Below the pieces are notes generated by a model. That model was not told the origin of the DNA, ran no database searches, and was given only the letters and a program-made list of their open reading frames with translations. Below are positions 21,596 through 25,729 of a stretch of DNA of 25,729 nucleotides, piece by piece (positions within the stretch are counted from its first letter, which is position 1; each line of letters starts with the position of its first letter). The position numbers and the translations under genes are program-made. Source of the DNA: Ginkgo biloba (taxonomy: Eukaryota; Plantae; Ginkgophyta); NCBI GenBank assembly GCA_024626585.2, contig JANKJI020000002.1, positions 166,140,667 to 166,166,395 on the forward strand. Reading direction: 5' to 3'.

Positions 21596-23062
21596 ATGAC
21601 ATTAATTCCCAAGAAGGAAGAACAAGAAGGTAATAAGGTTGAAGATGATATTACACATAAAGAACATAAAGGAGAACAAGCATATTATAATGATAAGGAA
21701 GAAAAAGATAATGATGAACAAGAAGCAAAATATCATGTTGAAGTATACATTGTACTTAATGAATATAAAGAAGAGAAAGAAGTATAAATAGATGATAAAG
21801 ATGACCCACTTGAACAAGAATATGAGAAAATATGATACCATCAATATTAAATTTAAAGGCTTATGTTATAATGGATTTCTATTGAAATTTTTGTAATGTC
21901 AACACCTTTAACATCCAATGAGCCAATGACACATATTACATCACATTAGAAGGAGCTTAAAGGTGAAGATCATGATAAAATACAATGTTAACACTTTAAG
22001 AAAGTATCAAAGATGAAAGAAAAGTATGCATGATATCTTCATAATAGTACCTCATCTAATATGAAAGAAGAAGTCAAATGGTGAGACTACATGCACAAAT
22101 TGTCAAAGCATTGGTTCAACTTCACCAAGAGAAGCAAACTGATGAAGAGCCTAAGATAGAAGTCTATCAAAGAAGAACAACAACACGACAAGAAGACAGA
22201 AGCATACACAAACCAATGATTTGAAGGCAAAGCATATCAAGAAGGGGTAGAATATAATGATCCTAAAGGAACGCAGATAGATCCCAAGTGGGGGGANNNN
22301 NNNNNNNNNNNNNNNNNNNNNNNNNNNNNNNNNNNNNNNNNNNNNNNNNNNNNNNNNNNNNNNNNNNNNNGCATATTATGTCTCCAAATTCATGTATGTG
22401 ACTATGGTTGATTAAATTAACTATGTTAGAGACGAGGGATAGGCCCATGTTTGTAACAGTAACCACAAATTAGGTGTAAAGAGGTAGGCTAGGATTTAGG
22501 CTAAGGAGGCCCATTTTGAGCATATAAAAGCACTCAAGCCACATTTGTAACATATGCTCATGTGATTTGGAATCGTTTGCAAATAATTTTGCCCATTAGT
22601 NNNNNNNNNNNNNNNNNNNNNNNNNNNNNNNNNNNNNNNNNNNNNNNNNNNNNNNNNNNNNNNNNNNNNNNNNNNNNNNNNNNNNNNNNNNNNNNNNNNN
22701 ATTGATTATGTAAGAGACAAGTGGTGGGCTTATATTTATAAATGTAACCATAATTAGGTGTAAAGTAGAGGTAGGTTATGGCTTATGATAAGAAGGCCCA
22801 TTTTGAGTATATAGGGGCATTTAAGCCTCATTTGTAACATATGTGATTTGAATTTTTTTTGTTTGCGTATTTTGTTCATTGTTTAGATTTTGGACTTAGG
22901 TGAGTCCTTATGACATTATGAATATTTTATTATGATCTATCTAAATTTCTACCATGATTTAGTCATTATAAAGTACATGATACATATATATCCTTTTGTA
23001 TTTTTATGGTTTATATATTTTTTTATGAATTTTGAGCAATATAACCCTCTTGGGTCGCTACA
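21596..23062 (+). mobile_element. 3' part of an internally deleted gypsy-type element: acidic gag-derived tail, PPT and LTR
   Basis: An E/D/K-rich frame at 21596-21787 precedes a PPT-like aagaaggggtagaa (about 22239-22252). The LTR start tataatgatcc (22253) is the transition-decayed inverse of the LTR end gggtcgctaca (23052-23062). Confidence 0.55.
22411..22882 (+). repeat. Diverged direct repeat of about 190 bp (22411-22600 vs 22701-22882) within LTR sequence
   Basis: The shared blocks gtaacca, aattaggtgtaaag, aggcccattttgag, catttgtaacatatg and tgtgatttg occur in the same order in both copies. Confidence 0.85.
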
Positions 23063-24700
23063 TATATTATAATTTTTTTTTATATGTAAGGAAGAGATAG
23101 GCCACTAAGTGGCTTTTATCTATTCAAATGGATTAAATTGATATTTATTAGATTAATTAAAAATTAGTAAGATGTCTCTTTGTTTATTTGAATTACTCAA
23201 ATCAATATTGAGAAAATTAAACAATGTGACATTTCTATTAATTACTGACGTGTATAGAAATAATCATAAAGCAAAATATGAGGGGATAGTTACAAATTAA
23301 ATTATAAGTTATGATATATTTGAGACATTAACTATCTATGTAAATACCTTACATGTAAATATTTTCGATTTCTCTTTTTCTTCTTATACATTTAGTCATA
23401 TATTTCAAACTTAAATTCATGCATTAATTATGCTTTTATTTATTTTTTATTTAATTTAAATAATTTCTTAAATAAAATTAAAACTTATAGAAAACATATT
23501 AACCAACATTCTTAATTGTGTAATAGCTAAATACATGAGCATTAAAATTAATTAGTTGTCTATTTTTCTAACATAGTTTGCAATATTTGGTGTTGATGAG
23601 CAAGCTTTTGGATCTGTTTAACTAAAGTTAGGGACTAACCACCTCAAATAAATTTATACTATTTTATCCGTCCAATTGTATAATATTTATGTATTTCTTT
23701 TTTTGGGGGGGTGAACTTGATTTTTGATAATTTAATGTAATGAACCCAAAAGGGGAATAATGTAATAAACCCCTAGTCTATTCTTATCATATTCTTCTCT
23801 TCTACTTACCNNNNNNNNNNNNNNNNNNNNNNNNNNNNNNNNNNNNNNNNNNNNNNNNNNNNNNNNNNNNNNNNNNNNNNNNNNNNNNNNNNNNNNNNNN
23901 NNNNNNNNNNNNNNNNNNNNNNNNNNNNNNNNNNNNNNNNNNNNNNNNNNNNNNNNNNNNNNNNNNNNNNNNNNNNNNNNNNNNNNNNNNNNNNNNNNNN
24001 NNNNNNNNNNNNNNNNNNNNNNNNNNNNNNNNNNNNNNNNNNNNNNNNNNNNNNNNNNNNNNNNNNNNNNNNNNNNNNNNNNNNNNNNNNNNNNNNNNNN
24101 NNNNNNNNNNNNNNNNNNNNNNNNNNNNNNNNNNNNNNNNNNNNNNNNNNNNNNNNNNNNNNNNNNNNNNNNNNNNNNNNNNNNNNNNNNNNNNNNNNNN
24201 NNNNNNNNNNNNNNNNNNNNNNNNNNNNNNNNNNNNNNNNNNNNNNNNNNNNNNNNNNNNNNNNNNNNNNNNNNNNNNNNNNNNNNNNNNNNNNNNNNNN
24301 NNNNNNNNNNNNNNNNNNNNNNNNNNNNNNNNNNNNNNNNNNNNNNNNNNNNNNNNNNNNNNNNNNNNNNNNNNNNNNNNNNNNNNNNNNNNNNNNNNNN
24401 NNNNNNNNNNNNNNNNNNNNNNNNNNNNNNNNNNNNNNNNNNNNNNNNNNNNNNNNNNNNNNNNNNNNNNNNNNNNNNNNNNNNNNNNNNNNNNNNNNNN
24501 NNNNNNNNNNNNNNNNNNNNNNNNNNNNNNNNNNNNNNNNNNNNNNNNNNNNNNNNNNNNNNNNNNNNNNNNNNNNNNNNNNNNNNNNNNNNNNNNNNNN
24601 NNNNNNNNNNNNNNNNNNNNNNNNNNNNNNNNNNNNNNNNNNNNNNNNNNNNNNNNNNNNNNNNNNNNNNNNNNNNNNNNNNNNNNNNNNNNNNNNNNNN

Positions 24701-24760
24701 TGTAATATCCTCTTAAACCTTATTACCTTCTTCTTCTTCCTTCTTGGGAATTAGTGTCAT
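24701..24760 (-). repeat. Inverted copy of 21596-21655
   Basis: The reverse complement atgacactaattcccaagaaggaagaagaagaaggtaataaggtttaagaggatattaca matches 21596-21655 with only about 4 substitutions. Confidence 0.92.
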
Positions 24761-25729
24761 GTCTTGCCATGGATTTTGGGGTATTTTTCATCTATCCATC
24801 TTTTGTGTAAAATTGACATAACGTTGTTCTTTTGGTTTCTCATTGCTTCTGACAAGTTTGTCGGTAGTGACATTTTGAATTTTACAATCATTCTAACATC
24901 TTAAAGATCATCAACATATACCTCTTAATATTTCACCCTTTAGTGTAATCAAGTATATCAAATATACTATTATAGTTTGACAATGTTTGTATTTACATTA
25001 GACTTATGGATTTTATAAATTACTTATAGAAATCACTCTTGAATTTATGCCATGATGCATATTGATTTCATTATTTCCATTATTTATACCAATATAAGTG
25101 TGTATGGCTTCAAATGTTAAGAGAGAAAAGTCATTTTTTCTTTATTATACGTAGGGTGAAGAAAAAAGTGAGTTTTTAATTCACTNNNNNNNNNNNNNNN
25201 NNNNNNNNNNNNNNNNNNNNNNNNNNNNNNNNNNNNNNTTGGACTTTGCTCTTCTTTCTAACACTAAAAATTTCCACTATTATAATCAACATTTTAAAGA
25301 ATACCTCACACTTGTAGTTTTTAAAATTGCTTCAAAGCCCCTAAGTTGCTAGACTTGAAGTTCTTTATATGAAAATTGATCAATAGAATTTGAAAAATCT
25401 AAATATGAGAAAATTTACTGAAAATTTTGTTATTTACACCCATGTAGTCCTTTCTACTTAATCCTTTAAATTAGACCTTAAATAATAATCCAACTTAATT
25501 ATAATTCCATGAGAGATTTCTAAATTCAATTAAGGTCAAATTTTATTTGATTTATCCCCATATTGAAATTTCTTATTGTGCATAATTTTTTCAAAAAATA
25601 AGAAGAAGGTGAAATTATCTCTATTTTTGCTATACACTAGAAGAAACCCTAAATTTAGCTCAAGACACTACACTATCTTTTGATAGTGATTCTAAGATCA
25701 TCTAATGGCCACTTTTAATGCTCTATCTA

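Overview
This is AT-rich, gap-riddled eukaryotic DNA, most consistent with a large plant genome (gymnosperm-like; this is an inference). Most of the window is decayed Ty3/gypsy LTR-retrotransposon debris. It includes a minus-strand non-chromovirus-type pol (1-4110: PR, RT twice, RNase H, integrase), a plus-strand CRM/chromovirus-like element (about 9062-12355) and further LTR and gag remnants (16833-25020). One apparently intact host coding exon is present: a small twin-CX9C (CHCH-type) protein on the minus strand (14197-14331) that ends at a GC splice donor. Head-to-head with it lies a pseudogene of a plant Asp/Glu-rich nuclear protein (about 15327-15692). The most unusual observation is a Gag/capsid-like segment between protease and RT in the first element (2980-3200). 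No prokaryotic-type system, CRISPR array or RNA gene is supportable. Domain calls come from manual translation and motif recognition, not from database searches.
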